DNA from: a virus
Direction: 5' to 3' (one strand)
Length of the DNA stretch: 39,198 nucleotides
IMG/VR virus record: IMGVR_UViG_3300045988_156947
Span: 1-39,198 of that record
Shown: in pieces, positions 13,223-21,752 of the stretch
Numbering within the stretch: position 1 is the first letter of the stretch
Layout of the letters: each line of letters opens with the position of its first letter
Notes under the pieces: model-generated
The model's input: only the letters and a program-made list of their open reading frames with translations
Database searches by the model: none
What the model was told of the DNA's origin: nothing
Translations under genes and position numbers: made by a program

Positions 13223-13939
13223 TCACACTGTACCGCCTTTGCCGCCGTACTTGCCGCCCGATATCTGCTTATTGGCTATCTGTGCTTTCTTGCCGCCCTT
13301 GACCTTCCCGTCAATCACATTAAGAGCCATCAAGTATTCTGTTTCGGTTATTTCGCCGTTATTGCGGCGGTTAGCCAGTTCCTTCTTCGCTTCTTCTCTC
13401 GTTGAGATACGCTTTACTCTGCTGCTTGTGGACGCAGGGAGGTCGAAGGGGGAGTCAGTGCTGCTCCCAACTCGCCGCGCCGCTGCCGCTGCCGCCGCTT
13501 CTTGCTGCTGCTGCTGATAAAGCTTGTACAGCGCAGCCGCCTTGTCAGCGTCGTTGTTAAGAATTGCGTTCTTGACCTCGGTTTGGTAGGTCTGCGCGAG
13601 CTGTGCTTTCTGCCTGTCAAACTCAGCCTGAGCCGCAACACGCTTGACCTCTATGTCGTTAAGCTCCGCGGCTTTCTGATTGAGCAGGGCAAGATTTGCC
13701 TGCCCCATCGCACCCGTGTTGAGCCCGTTTGCGGCGAAGGTCTCATTAAGCCGCTGACGAGTGACGGCGGCATTTCCCGCCGCCTCTCGCTTTGCGTTGT
13801 ATGCGGTTGTGTCCGTGTTCTGTTTTGCAGTGTCCACGGACGAAACATTGCTGTCGTATGCAGATTTGAGTGCGTTAAGTGCCGACTGTTTTTGCGAGTC
13901 GTATATTTTCTCTATGTACTGCTCGTCGGTTGTTGCCAT
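13223..13939 (-). CDS. 238-aa coiled-coil virion protein candidate with a poly-Q/poly-A tract
   Basis: AAAGGAAG RBS. QQQQQEAAAAAAA low-complexity tract. Gly/Lys-rich C-terminus. Confidence 0.7.
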   Translation of the reverse strand: MATTDEQYIEKIYDSQKQSALNALKSAYDSNVSSVDTAKQNTDTTAYNAKREAAGNAAVTRQRLNETFAANGLNTGAMGQANLALLNQKAAELNDIEVKRVAAQAEFDRQKAQLAQTYQTEVKNAILNNDADKAAALYKLYQQQQQEAAAAAAARRVGSSTDSPFDLPASTSSRVKRISTREEAKKELANRRNNGEITETEYLMALNVIDGKVKGGKKAQIANKQISGGKYGGKGGTV

Positions 13940-13969
13940 ATATGCACTTCCTTTCAGAACGGCGGGGTT

Positions 13970-14149
13970 TTACGCCCCGCCTGTTTTCTCGTGCTGTGTG
14001 CCGAAGTAAAACGCAATGACCATGAGCGCGACATTGTCCACAGCATCGGCGTTAATAGTTCCCGTCACGGCGAGATATGCCCAGACGGCCAGCACGATAA
14101 GTGTCACGATTGTTTTAACCTTTATAAGGTTTGCAAGATTTTTAAGCAT
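13970..14149 (-). CDS. Holin candidate (59 aa, two TM helices)
   Basis: GAGGAGG RBS before the internal ATG 14149. IVTLIVLAVWAYLAVTG and VALMVIAFYFG helices. Adjacent to the endolysin gene. Confidence 0.65.
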   Translation of the reverse strand: MLKNLANLIKVKTIVTLIVLAVWAYLAVTGTINADAVDNVALMVIAFYFGTQHEKTGGA

Positions 14150-14159
14150 ATGTACCTCC

Positions 14160-14393
14160 TCAGTGATGGTGATTTCGCATTTCTGCTTCAAGGTCAGATA
14201 TTCTATGGTTTGCCACCTTTATCTGCTCCTCGACTACAGGCATACGGCGGGCGAAGTTGTTGTGCTCCCTGACTTCTCGCGTCAGCTCGTCAACTCGCGT
14301 CTGCACGACCGCCTGTGACTTGCTGTTGCTTATAAGCACGCCTATTAGCGTGAGCACGCCGGTTATAATGGCGACAATTATGCTATCGCCCAT
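14160..14393 (-). CDS. Holin-like / lysis accessory protein (N-terminal TM plus coiled coil)
   Basis: IIVAIITGVLTLIGVLISN helix, then RVDELTREVREHNNFARRMPVVEEQIKV. Follows the endolysin stop directly. Confidence 0.55.
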   Translation of the reverse strand: MGDSIIVAIITGVLTLIGVLISNSKSQAVVQTRVDELTREVREHNNFARRMPVVEEQIKVANHRISDLEAEMRNHHH

Positions 14394-14397
14394 AAGT

Positions 14398-15201
14398 TCA
14401 CTGTACCTCCACGATTACCTTCAACCGCTTCTTGAATTCCTCAAACAGCTCGTCCTTGTCGATGCTGTTGTCAGGGAGCGCCGCGATGAGTGCCTTACAC
14501 ATACGCAGACACACTATCTGATCGCGCAGCATATCCAGCGTAATATCAAAGCCGCTTGCGTCGCCGTTACCCTTGAGCGCTCCGATTTCTACGAGCTCTT
14601 TTGCTTCCGCCTGTGCCCACGCGGGCATTTCTTCGATTGTCTTGTACCTTGCCATATCGTCATCCTCCTGTTTTTCGGCAAGCCGCCTGTTCACTTCGGC
14701 AGCTATCTCGCCGTGTCTGTCATAAAGCCACTGTCCGGGGCAAGCCTTGTTTTCGTAGTCGCGGTGCACCGTCATATTGCACCCATTCTTGTGGTTTACG
14801 CGGTCTGCCTTGCTGGTGCTCCACACGAGTTTCTTAATGCCGTTGCGCTCGCATATATCCGTCACGAGATCGAGCAGCGCCTTGTATGCCCTGTCCCTCA
14901 CTGCGTAGGGATGTTTGTTATCGCACGCCACCTCAATGGTCACGGCTCGACGGTCATTGTAACTGTTAGAGGTCGCCCAGCTACAGTCACGCTCCTCGAC
15001 ATACATCCCTACCCTTCCGTCGGGACCGATGCCGTAGTTTGCACTTGCCCGCTTTGTCTGAAATAGCTTGCCAAGTGTTTCAACTGCCGCCTGAGCCGCC
15101 GAGCAGTGTATCGTGATAGTGTCTATTGCGTGTCCACCTCGGCTTGACCTCATTGGGCTTATCCGAGTATACGACACAAGGGGAGAGTTTGTATATTCCA
15201 T
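14398..15201 (-). CDS. Endolysin, N-acetylmuramoyl-L-alanine amidase (Amidase_2/PGRP type)
   Basis: GGAGGAGG RBS before the internal ATG 15201 (MEYTNSPLVSYTRISP...). IDTITIHCSAAQ and HRDYENKACPG motifs. Extra C-terminal domain. Confidence 0.85.
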   Translation of the reverse strand: MEYTNSPLVSYTRISPMRSSRGGHAIDTITIHCSAAQAAVETLGKLFQTKRASANYGIGPDGRVGMYVEERDCSWATSNSYNDRRAVTIEVACDNKHPYAVRDRAYKALLDLVTDICERNGIKKLVWSTSKADRVNHKNGCNMTVHRDYENKACPGQWLYDRHGEIAAEVNRRLAEKQEDDDMARYKTIEEMPAWAQAEAKELVEIGALKGNGDASGFDITLDMLRDQIVCLRMCKALIAALPDNSIDKDELFEEFKKRLKVIVEVQ

Positions 15202-15251
15202 ATCAGTCCTCCTCCAAAAGCCCTGAATATACTTTCTCATCGTCTTCCATG

Positions 15252-16091
15252 TCATTCGCTCCTTACTGTGTAGTTTCCCGATTGCAGCTCGGTTTTCAGT
15301 GCGGCGGTGTCTGCTTTTACCCATGCGCCGCTCACTTTTTTATAAGCCGTCTGAGCCTGCGCATAAGCCCCGCCGGTCTTGACATACATTCCGGTGCCGT
15401 CGATAGTCGCTTTGGCGTAGAGCGTAAGGTCTGCGGCGGCTGCGGCGTAGGTCTGCTCCGTGCTCACGAGCTGCGTGCACGCTGCATCCGAATACCAACC
15501 GTGCCACGTAGCGCCGGTCTTGAGCGTCGCCGTAAATGTCACGCTCTCGCCGTCATAGGCTTCAACTTTGTCAACACTCGCCGCCGTGACACCGTTACCG
15601 GCTACATTTGCCGAACAGGTGTATTCGTTGAAATACAGCGTGAATATTGCGTCACCGGCATTAACTATCGTTGTGCCGGATGACCGAAAATGCACCTGTA
15701 TCGTCGATGCGCGGGTTGCCGATGTAATGTGTGCATCCGTTATGCCGGTAACAGGGTAATCGGTGTCGTCCGTTGTCAGGTTCGTTCGGCAGTATTCGCC
15801 GCCGTTAAATGTGATCCAGCCCTGATTTTTATCCGATGTTGAGCCGTACTGCCTTACCGCATTTGCAAGCGTGATATCTGCCATATACGGCTTTGCGGCA
15901 ACGGTTGGGAACAGATGTTCCTTTGCCGATGAGTTTAATTCGCCATAGCCGGATTTTGCGCCGTTCAGGTACAGTCTGAACGCCTTTTTGCCGTGACCTG
16001 AAACAGTTTCGTTAAGCCTTAATGTATGCGCAGTACACAGACTGTCAACGTTGCTGGCGGTTATGTGCAGTGTTTTTGCTACGGTCTGCAT
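15252..16091 (-). CDS. Tail fibre / receptor-binding protein candidate with a Listeria-Bacteroides-repeat-like C-terminus
   Basis: Internal ATG 16091 (MQTVAKTLHI...). C-terminal TFTATLKTGATWHGWYSDAACTQLV...DLTLYAKA resembles the GWY...LYAKW repeat. Last gene of the fibre cassette. Confidence 0.55.
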   Translation of the reverse strand: MQTVAKTLHITASNVDSLCTAHTLRLNETVSGHGKKAFRLYLNGAKSGYGELNSSAKEHLFPTVAAKPYMADITLANAVRQYGSTSDKNQGWITFNGGEYCRTNLTTDDTDYPVTGITDAHITSATRASTIQVHFRSSGTTIVNAGDAIFTLYFNEYTCSANVAGNGVTAASVDKVEAYDGESVTFTATLKTGATWHGWYSDAACTQLVSTEQTYAAAAADLTLYAKATIDGTGMYVKTGGAYAQAQTAYKKVSGAWVKADTAALKTELQSGNYTVRSE

Positions 16092-16095
16092 CTGG

Positions 16096-16311
16096 TCACC
16101 CCATATCAAGATAAATGTCGCCGTCGGAGCCGAGGCTTGCCGCCGGCGCTCCGGAGCCGGTGTAAACCGTAGCAAGCGCGACCGTGCCGGTTATCTGTGA
16201 GCCGGTCTTATCATGCGCGGTTGCGCCTTTGAGGAGCTTATCCGCCGACACGGTGTCGTTTCTCAGGTCAACTACAGGCTCACCGTTTATAACAACATGA
16301 TTTACCGCCAT
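16096..16311 (-). CDS. Fibre-module protein (71 aa), paralogous to the N-terminus of 16316..16903
   Basis: VVDLRNDTVSADKLLKGATAHDKTGSQITGT aligns with LIDLSADTADAAHVLSGSTFHDKSGAPVTGT in the neighbouring ORF. Confidence 0.55.
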   Translation of the reverse strand: MAVNHVVINGEPVVDLRNDTVSADKLLKGATAHDKTGSQITGTVALATVYTGSGAPAASLGSDGDIYLDMG

Positions 16312-16315
16312 AGCC

Positions 16316-16903
16316 TTAGCCTATCGTCACGGTCTTGCCGCCTGCCGCGTTGTCCGCATACGCAACAGGGATAGCCGCGACCGTGACCGACGATAAATAG
16401 TCATAGCCGTTATCCGGCTGAATTACCTGCTGCGCAAACGACGGTGTAACGCTTTTTGACTGTGCACTTACGCTTTCGCCGCCGTATGTGCCGGTCTCAC
16501 CCAGAAGCGTTACCCCCGCCTTGATGTTGGCGGGGATTATCTTTGCCTTCTCTGCCGCGCTTATCTGTGCCTTACCGGAGCCGTCATGATAGCCCTGCGG
16601 TATCGTATAGCTGCCGTCTTTGGTGCTGATCTCGCCCGTTACAGCACCATTGTTCGGCATCGTACCGGTTATCTTCACACCGCGCGCGTGGCAGGTTTTG
16701 TTTAAAAGCATCTCCGACGCAGCAACGGTATCTTCCGATGTGTCGCTGTCATAAGTGCAAGTGCCCGTTACCGGCGCGCCGGACTTGTCGTGGAATGTCG
16801 AGCCGCTGAGAACATGCGCGGCATCGGCGGTGTCTGCGGAAAGGTCTATGAGCACCTCGCCGCTTGATAGCACGACTTTGTTGTTATACTGATTTTCAGC
16901 CAT
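16316..16903 (-). CDS. Tail fibre module protein (195 aa)
   Basis: Contains GTMPNNGAVTGEI...YTIPQGYHDGSGKAQI and KSVTPSFAQQVIQPDNGYDYLSSVTVAAIP, the same modules as the 399-aa fibre. Confidence 0.65.
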   Translation of the reverse strand: MAENQYNNKVVLSSGEVLIDLSADTADAAHVLSGSTFHDKSGAPVTGTCTYDSDTSEDTVAASEMLLNKTCHARGVKITGTMPNNGAVTGEISTKDGSYTIPQGYHDGSGKAQISAAEKAKIIPANIKAGVTLLGETGTYGGESVSAQSKSVTPSFAQQVIQPDNGYDYLSSVTVAAIPVAYADNAAGGKTVTIG

Positions 16904-17147
16904 TTATTAAGCCTCCTATGTAGACTGTTCTGCCGCCCGCCGCATTGGACACTCGCTGTACCTCTATCGCATTGACGGTGACATCATCGCGCATGAGCTT
17001 TGACTTTGTGCCCAGCACATGGCGTTCAAAATCCGGATCGACAGTGTATGCCCCGTCGTAAACATCTATGTCCGACGGCGGTATCTCGTGCAGCGTCTCA
17101 AATTGCACTTCGAAATTTCCGTCAGTTTCAAAATCTATCTTCGCCAT
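16896..17147 (-). CDS. Small fibre-associated protein (83 aa)
   Basis: Internal ATG 17147 lies one nt after the upstream stop. KIDFETDGNFEVQFETL resembles the N-terminus of 18901..19239. C-terminal NAAGGRTVYIG resembles NAAGGKTVTIG of 16316..16903. Confidence 0.55.
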   Translation of the reverse strand: MAKIDFETDGNFEVQFETLHEIPPSDIDVYDGAYTVDPDFERHVLGTKSKLMRDDVTVNAIEVQRVSNAAGGRTVYIGGLING

Positions 17148-17148
17148 T

Positions 17149-17679
17149 CTACTTATAGCGCCCAATGACATAGTACGATAACTTCGGGTTATAAATTGTT
17201 CCCGCGCTCGGCCGGACGAGGTCAAAAGCGGGAGCGTGAGTCAGCGCGTTTATGTTATTGCCCATGCTGGAGGCAAGCCACGCGTCGCTGTTGCCGCCGA
17301 TATACTGCGCTGTCACGGACGGCTCGCTGACAAAGGCAAAGGGATATTTACGCCCTGCCTTATTCGCGTCCGAGCTCATCCAGCCGCCGTAGTATACGCC
17401 GCCCCACGCGGTTTTAATTTCCACCATACTATCGCCAAAAGTGCCCCAGCATTCGCCGATGCCGCTCGCCCACTTGCGGTAATTCCAGCGCGGCCCAAAT
17501 GTGCCCTGCTCGATTACATAGTCTGCCTCGTCCGACGCTGCCGCCGAAATGCTGTTTATCGTCAAGGCGAGGCTTGCCACATTCTGCGTCGCCGGCATGG
17601 TAGCACCCTTGCCCTGCGCAGCAGTGTACGCAGCCGAGATCGCATTATTAATTCTGTCGATTTCAGATGTAATGTCCAT
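17149..17679 (-). CDS. Fibre/baseplate-like structural protein (176 aa)
   Basis: GAGGTG RBS before the internal ATG 17679. N-terminus DITSEIDRINNAISAAYTAAQGKGATMPATQNVASLALTINSI parallels the N-terminus of the 399-aa fibre. Confidence 0.55.
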   Translation of the reverse strand: MDITSEIDRINNAISAAYTAAQGKGATMPATQNVASLALTINSISAAASDEADYVIEQGTFGPRWNYRKWASGIGECWGTFGDSMVEIKTAWGGVYYGGWMSSDANKAGRKYPFAFVSEPSVTAQYIGGNSDAWLASSMGNNINALTHAPAFDLVRPSAGTIYNPKLSYYVIGRYK

Positions 17680-17689
17680 GCTGCGCACC

Positions 17690-18889
17690 TCATATCGCCG
17701 CAAGCGCGTTTGCGATGTCGTCGGTAAGCGTCACCTTACCCGTTCCGTTGTGATAGCCCGCAGGTATCGTGTAGCTCGTCACCGTCAGTCCGTCGATGCT
17801 GCCCGACACAGCGCCGTTATTCGTCATTGAGCCTGTAACGGTCGCTCCTGTAGCATCAACGATTTTCTTGCCCGCGAGTACGTCCCCCGCCGCCGCCGTG
17901 ACAACCGTGATGTCCTTATACTTAGCGGGTATCGCAGTCACGGTTACTTTACCGAGCACGCATCCGGAATCAGGAGACACGATCTGCTGCGTCTCAAGCG
18001 GGGTAGCAGTCTTGTCCACTGTCTTAATGCTGACTTTGCCTGTGCCATCATGATAGCCTTTCGGGATAGTGTAGCTCTGGTTTCCCTCCTTGGTATCAAG
18101 CACTTTGGTAACGCTGCCGATATTCGGCATCGTGCCGGTATATTTATATCCGTAGCCGCTGCCTTCGGGGTCGTCGCCGTATGCGGTCACGCCTTCAAGC
18201 AGGTCGCCCGCTCGCACGGTCGCGTCGGTTACATCTTTCCACTGCGGCGGGATTGGCTTTATCGTGACCTTGCGGATGACCTTGCCGTCGCTGGCGGTTA
18301 CATGAGTAACTTCATCTTGGGCACTTACGGATATGTCCTCGGGGACTATCGCGACGGTGCCCTTGCCGCTGTGGTAGCCCGCAGGGACTGTGTAGCTCGT
18401 CGTTTTGGTATCAAGCGTCGCACTCACTGCGCCGTTATTGGGCATAGTGCCTGCGACAGACTTGCCGGTCGCATCGACGATGATTTTGTTTGCCAGCACA
18501 TCCCCCGCAGCCGCAGTTACGCTTGAGACGTTCTGATATGCTTCGGGGATCGCTTTGACCGTCACGTCAGATAGACCGTAAAAGCCTTGGTCTGCCGTGA
18601 TGCTCTGCTGTGCCTTGGTCGGCGTGACGGTCTTGGACTGCAAGTTGTAGTTGCCGCCGCCCGCTACACCCGATACCGTACCGCTGCCGTTGTGGTAGCC
18701 CTTGGGGATGGTGTATGTCTCGCCCTCCTGCACCGATGCAGACACAGCGCCTTTGTTCTCGATGCCGTCCACCGCCGTTGCGAGCGCGTCCATTTTCGCC
18801 GTGGAGGTTGCAAGCCCGAGCTCGATGAGTTTGTCGCGAATAGTATTTCTCGCTCCTGTCAGGCGAGTTATTTCTGTTGCTGTGCTCAA
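17690..18889 (-). CDS. Tail fibre with four internal repeat modules
   Basis: Four copies of a Y-T-[IV]-P-x-G-Y-H-x-G-x-G-x-V module (YTIPKGYHNGSGTV, YTVPAGYHSGKGTV, YTIPKGYHDGTGKV, YTIPAGYHNGTGKV). Three of them are preceded by G-[TS]-M-[PT]-N-[NI]-G-[AS]-V, and they are interleaved with TVTP...VTVKAIP-type segments. Confidence 0.7.
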   Translation of the reverse strand: MSTATEITRLTGARNTIRDKLIELGLATSTAKMDALATAVDGIENKGAVSASVQEGETYTIPKGYHNGSGTVSGVAGGGNYNLQSKTVTPTKAQQSITADQGFYGLSDVTVKAIPEAYQNVSSVTAAAGDVLANKIIVDATGKSVAGTMPNNGAVSATLDTKTTSYTVPAGYHSGKGTVAIVPEDISVSAQDEVTHVTASDGKVIRKVTIKPIPPQWKDVTDATVRAGDLLEGVTAYGDDPEGSGYGYKYTGTMPNIGSVTKVLDTKEGNQSYTIPKGYHDGTGKVSIKTVDKTATPLETQQIVSPDSGCVLGKVTVTAIPAKYKDITVVTAAAGDVLAGKKIVDATGATVTGSMTNNGAVSGSIDGLTVTSYTIPAGYHNGTGKVTLTDDIANALAAI

Positions 18890-18900
18890 ATCGTAGCCTC

Positions 18901-19239
18901 CTATATCGCTCCGAGCAGAGCGTTAATGTTGCCTATTGATGTGTACACATGAGCCGATGATATGGGGCGCGTGTTGTCCTTTTCGATGTCGCTTGCCATA
19001 TCCACGCTCAACGTGCCGTCCTCGGTCACATTGAGATTGCTGCCGACGATAATGCCGCCGAGTCTCGTCCTCGTCGCGGGCAGAAGCTCACCGCCCCCGC
19101 CTGTGTGCACAAGCATAAGGTTTTCAAAATCCGTGTCCAGCGCCGTGTCTGCGTCGAACTCCGTCTTGAACGCATCCTGTGACGCAAACTGCACGTCGAA
19201 TTCGTCTCGCGGCTCAAATTGCGCGTTGAATGTGAGCAT
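18901..19239 (-). CDS. Virion protein (112 aa), acidic FE/FD-rich N-terminus
   Basis: ATGA overlap with the upstream gene. FEPRDEFDVQFASQDAFKTEFDAD. Confidence 0.6.
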   Translation of the reverse strand: MLTFNAQFEPRDEFDVQFASQDAFKTEFDADTALDTDFENLMLVHTGGGGELLPATRTRLGGIIVGSNLNVTEDGTLSVDMASDIEKDNTRPISSAHVYTSIGNINALLGAI

Positions 19240-19538
19240 TAAATCTCACCGTCCTTGAGCACCCTTTCGGCAGTCGCTGAGAAGATGCGAGAGGCAAGCG
19301 CAGTACCATCGTTAAGGCGTATGCGCATTTGTATTTCTATGTTGGAATCGGGGCTTAAAAGCATTGTCTCTTTCTGCGAGAGTTTGACGGAAACCTCCGT
19401 CCCGCTTCGCGTCCACTCCTCAAGCGGCTTCTCGATCACATTTCTGTTTTTCTGCGTCAGCGTTATGTATCCCGCCGCGATCGTGTTTGAATCGAACGGC
19501 AGCGAGAATTTGAGCGTCGGCGTTGTTGCTATAAACAT
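19239..19538 (-). CDS. Virion protein (99 aa)
   Basis: Compact ORF in the structural operon, translationally coupled to its neighbours. Confidence 0.6.
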   Translation of the reverse strand: MFIATTPTLKFSLPFDSNTIAAGYITLTQKNRNVIEKPLEEWTRSGTEVSVKLSQKETMLLSPDSNIEIQMRIRLNDGTALASRIFSATAERVLKDGEI

Positions 19539-19549
19539 TGCTCAACCTC

Positions 19550-21748
19550 CTATTTGACATTGTTCGCATATGCGATGTTTATCTGCGCTCCTGTTATCGT
19601 CATGCGCGAGGTCGTCGAAAGTCGGAGCTTGCTTGTTGTGAGCTTGCGCAGTTTGAGCCTTGTGCGCATTGTAGGCTTTACCGATCCAACGGTCGGCGTA
19701 GCAAGGTCGGCACTTCGGGCATCTCCTGTGTCGGAGGACACGCCTACTGTGAAAGCCTTGCCGTTTTCGGGCTTTATGTTCACCCATACTTCGGGGGAAT
19801 ACTTGAGGACATTCGGTTTGTCATAGTCAATGTCGCCGCTCTCAAACACAGCTTCAGAGTCGGGCTGCGCGTCATAGATCATTGTTGCAAGCCCGCCGTC
19901 GCTGAGGAGACAGAAGTTTTTCCCCTCGTGGCCGCATATCTGCGCAACATCAAAGCCTCCGTATTCATACCATGCGTTTGCGTCAATATTCTGCACAAGC
20001 GCCGAGCCGCCGTAGATGCAGTAAAACTCATGCCTGTACTTGTCATAGTGCATGACACTCTTTGCAAGGTCAAAGCCGCCGAGCGTGCGCTGTACCCTCT
20101 GCGATATGCGTTCGGCGTTTCGCTGGTCGTATGTGATGTTGCCGGTGTTTGATGTCGGTCGCCACTCGTATATATCACAGCCGTCAAGAGTGCGTATTCG
20201 GTTTTCGACGAGTATCGCTTGTGCGCTCGGTGCACAGCCTATGTCCTTGTTGACGGAGGTTATATAAAATCCCGTCGTTGCCGAGCCGTCAGCAAGCGTC
20301 ATAACGCTCGCATATATACTGTATGCCTCGTTATCCTTAAACGCTAAAAGCCTGTTGTAGTGCTTTACAAGTGCCGTTAACGGCGCGTTCGTCGCGCCTA
20401 TCTCGGCTTCGTTCAGGTCGGGGAAGTATTCCGCGGACGCTCTGCCTGTTTCCGTTATGCCGCTGTAATAGGTCTTACAGCTTCCGTCTCCGTACAGGAA
20501 TATGCGGTTATCCTGAGCGCCGTTGAACATCTCGGTATATTTCATTTGCAGAAGGTCGTCTCGCGGCGTTCTCTTGCGGTACTCTACGCGCAGCGTTGCA
20601 CCCGCTTCGGGCGGAAGTCTTGATATAGACAGCACCTTTGTTTCGGCATTATAGCTGTACTCGCCCGCCGCGACATTGACGAGCGTGCCATTGGCGGTCT
20701 TGTAATGCACCTTGAGGATAACGAGTTTCGCGTCACCGTCACGGACATATACCGCATAGTCTGTTTCATATGCGATTGTCTGAGACTTCTCGGGATTCAT
20801 TATCGAGTAGACGATTTCGACATTGTCCGTTCCTGACGGAGGGTTTTCCTTGAGCATGACCGTACCGTCAAACTGCGACCATCCTTCGGCTTTCACACCG
20901 CCCACATATACCTCCGAGATAAGCGCATCTGCCTCAAGGACTTTGAATGACTTTGTGTCGCCTGTTGCCGAATACCGAGCCTTGCGGTAAAGCGAAAGAT
21001 TGTTAACTCGCTCAAGCGTCGTGCCTGAGCCGTTAGGCTCGCAAGCGGTGAGAACACAGGGCGTATAGCCTTGCACTTCCGTTGCGGTCGCACCGTCATA
21101 GACGATGTAATGCCCGCCGCCGAGCATATACACCTTGTCGTCAAAGCCGAACACTTCAACATGGTCGGCGCTCGCAAAGTCCGTGAACGCAGCAAGCTTG
21201 TAAAGCGAAAAATACTTGTCGCTTTCAGACACTCTGAATAAGCCGCTCCCAGTAACCGCGAGGAGGCTGACATAGCCGTTAAAATATCCACTCCACAGCG
21301 TCAGCACTTTCCCCGCAGGCTGCATTTCGTCGCCGTAGACCCTGTTGTACATCGGGCTATATCCCGTGAGCGCATAGACTTTTTCGTTTTTCACGAAAAA
21401 GCTTTTGCCCAAGTACGGGAGCATCGGCGTTGCGAATAGATCCGTCACCGTGCATATCGGCTCGCCGACAACCGAAAACTTGCCGCCTGTTTCCTCGATG
21501 TCCCCGTAAAGAGTCAGGGGCGCACTCTCGGACACGACAAAGTCGACAGGCGCCGATGTCTCGCTGACCATCTTCTTGCTGAGAACAGGGCGCGGGGTCA
21601 GCTCGCCCGCGTCCGTCACGCGGAAGTTGACGAGCTTCGATGCCTCCCCCGCCTTGAGGTGCGTTTCGCCGCTGTCGCTCTGATTGAGCCCAAGGAATTT
21701 CTTTATGCTGTATGTTGCGCGGTTTATGTTCGCATTAAGCTTTGCCAC
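19550..21748 (-). CDS. Large tail structural protein (732 aa; nozzle/tubular-B-like by size and position only)
   Basis: GTG 21748 is preceded by GAGGTGG and lies just after the upstream stop. The longer track ORF would overlap the upstream gene by 44 nt. No motif recognised. Confidence 0.55.
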   Translation of the reverse strand: MAKLNANINRATYSIKKFLGLNQSDSGETHLKAGEASKLVNFRVTDAGELTPRPVLSKKMVSETSAPVDFVVSESAPLTLYGDIEETGGKFSVVGEPICTVTDLFATPMLPYLGKSFFVKNEKVYALTGYSPMYNRVYGDEMQPAGKVLTLWSGYFNGYVSLLAVTGSGLFRVSESDKYFSLYKLAAFTDFASADHVEVFGFDDKVYMLGGGHYIVYDGATATEVQGYTPCVLTACEPNGSGTTLERVNNLSLYRKARYSATGDTKSFKVLEADALISEVYVGGVKAEGWSQFDGTVMLKENPPSGTDNVEIVYSIMNPEKSQTIAYETDYAVYVRDGDAKLVILKVHYKTANGTLVNVAAGEYSYNAETKVLSISRLPPEAGATLRVEYRKRTPRDDLLQMKYTEMFNGAQDNRIFLYGDGSCKTYYSGITETGRASAEYFPDLNEAEIGATNAPLTALVKHYNRLLAFKDNEAYSIYASVMTLADGSATTGFYITSVNKDIGCAPSAQAILVENRIRTLDGCDIYEWRPTSNTGNITYDQRNAERISQRVQRTLGGFDLAKSVMHYDKYRHEFYCIYGGSALVQNIDANAWYEYGGFDVAQICGHEGKNFCLLSDGGLATMIYDAQPDSEAVFESGDIDYDKPNVLKYSPEVWVNIKPENGKAFTVGVSSDTGDARSADLATPTVGSVKPTMRTRLKLRKLTTSKLRLSTTSRMTITGAQINIAYANNVK

Positions 21749-21752
21749 AGGT

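Noticed and set aside
8103-13517. Many plus-strand ORFs (for example 8103..8750, 9918..10637, 10644..11171, 12513..12923) inside the giant gene.
   Set aside because: They are antisense shadow ORFs, typical of GC-rich coding DNA. They have no RBS and give low-complexity products, and all lie opposite one uninterrupted 1677-aa ORF.
14257-15683. Plus-strand ORFs 14257..15066 and 15126..15683, and the long 308-aa version of the endolysin ORF.
   Set aside because: The plus-strand ORFs are antisense shadows. The endolysin N-terminal extension lacks an RBS and would overlap the upstream fibre gene, whereas ATG 15201 has GGAGGAGG upstream and gives a typical amidase N-terminus.
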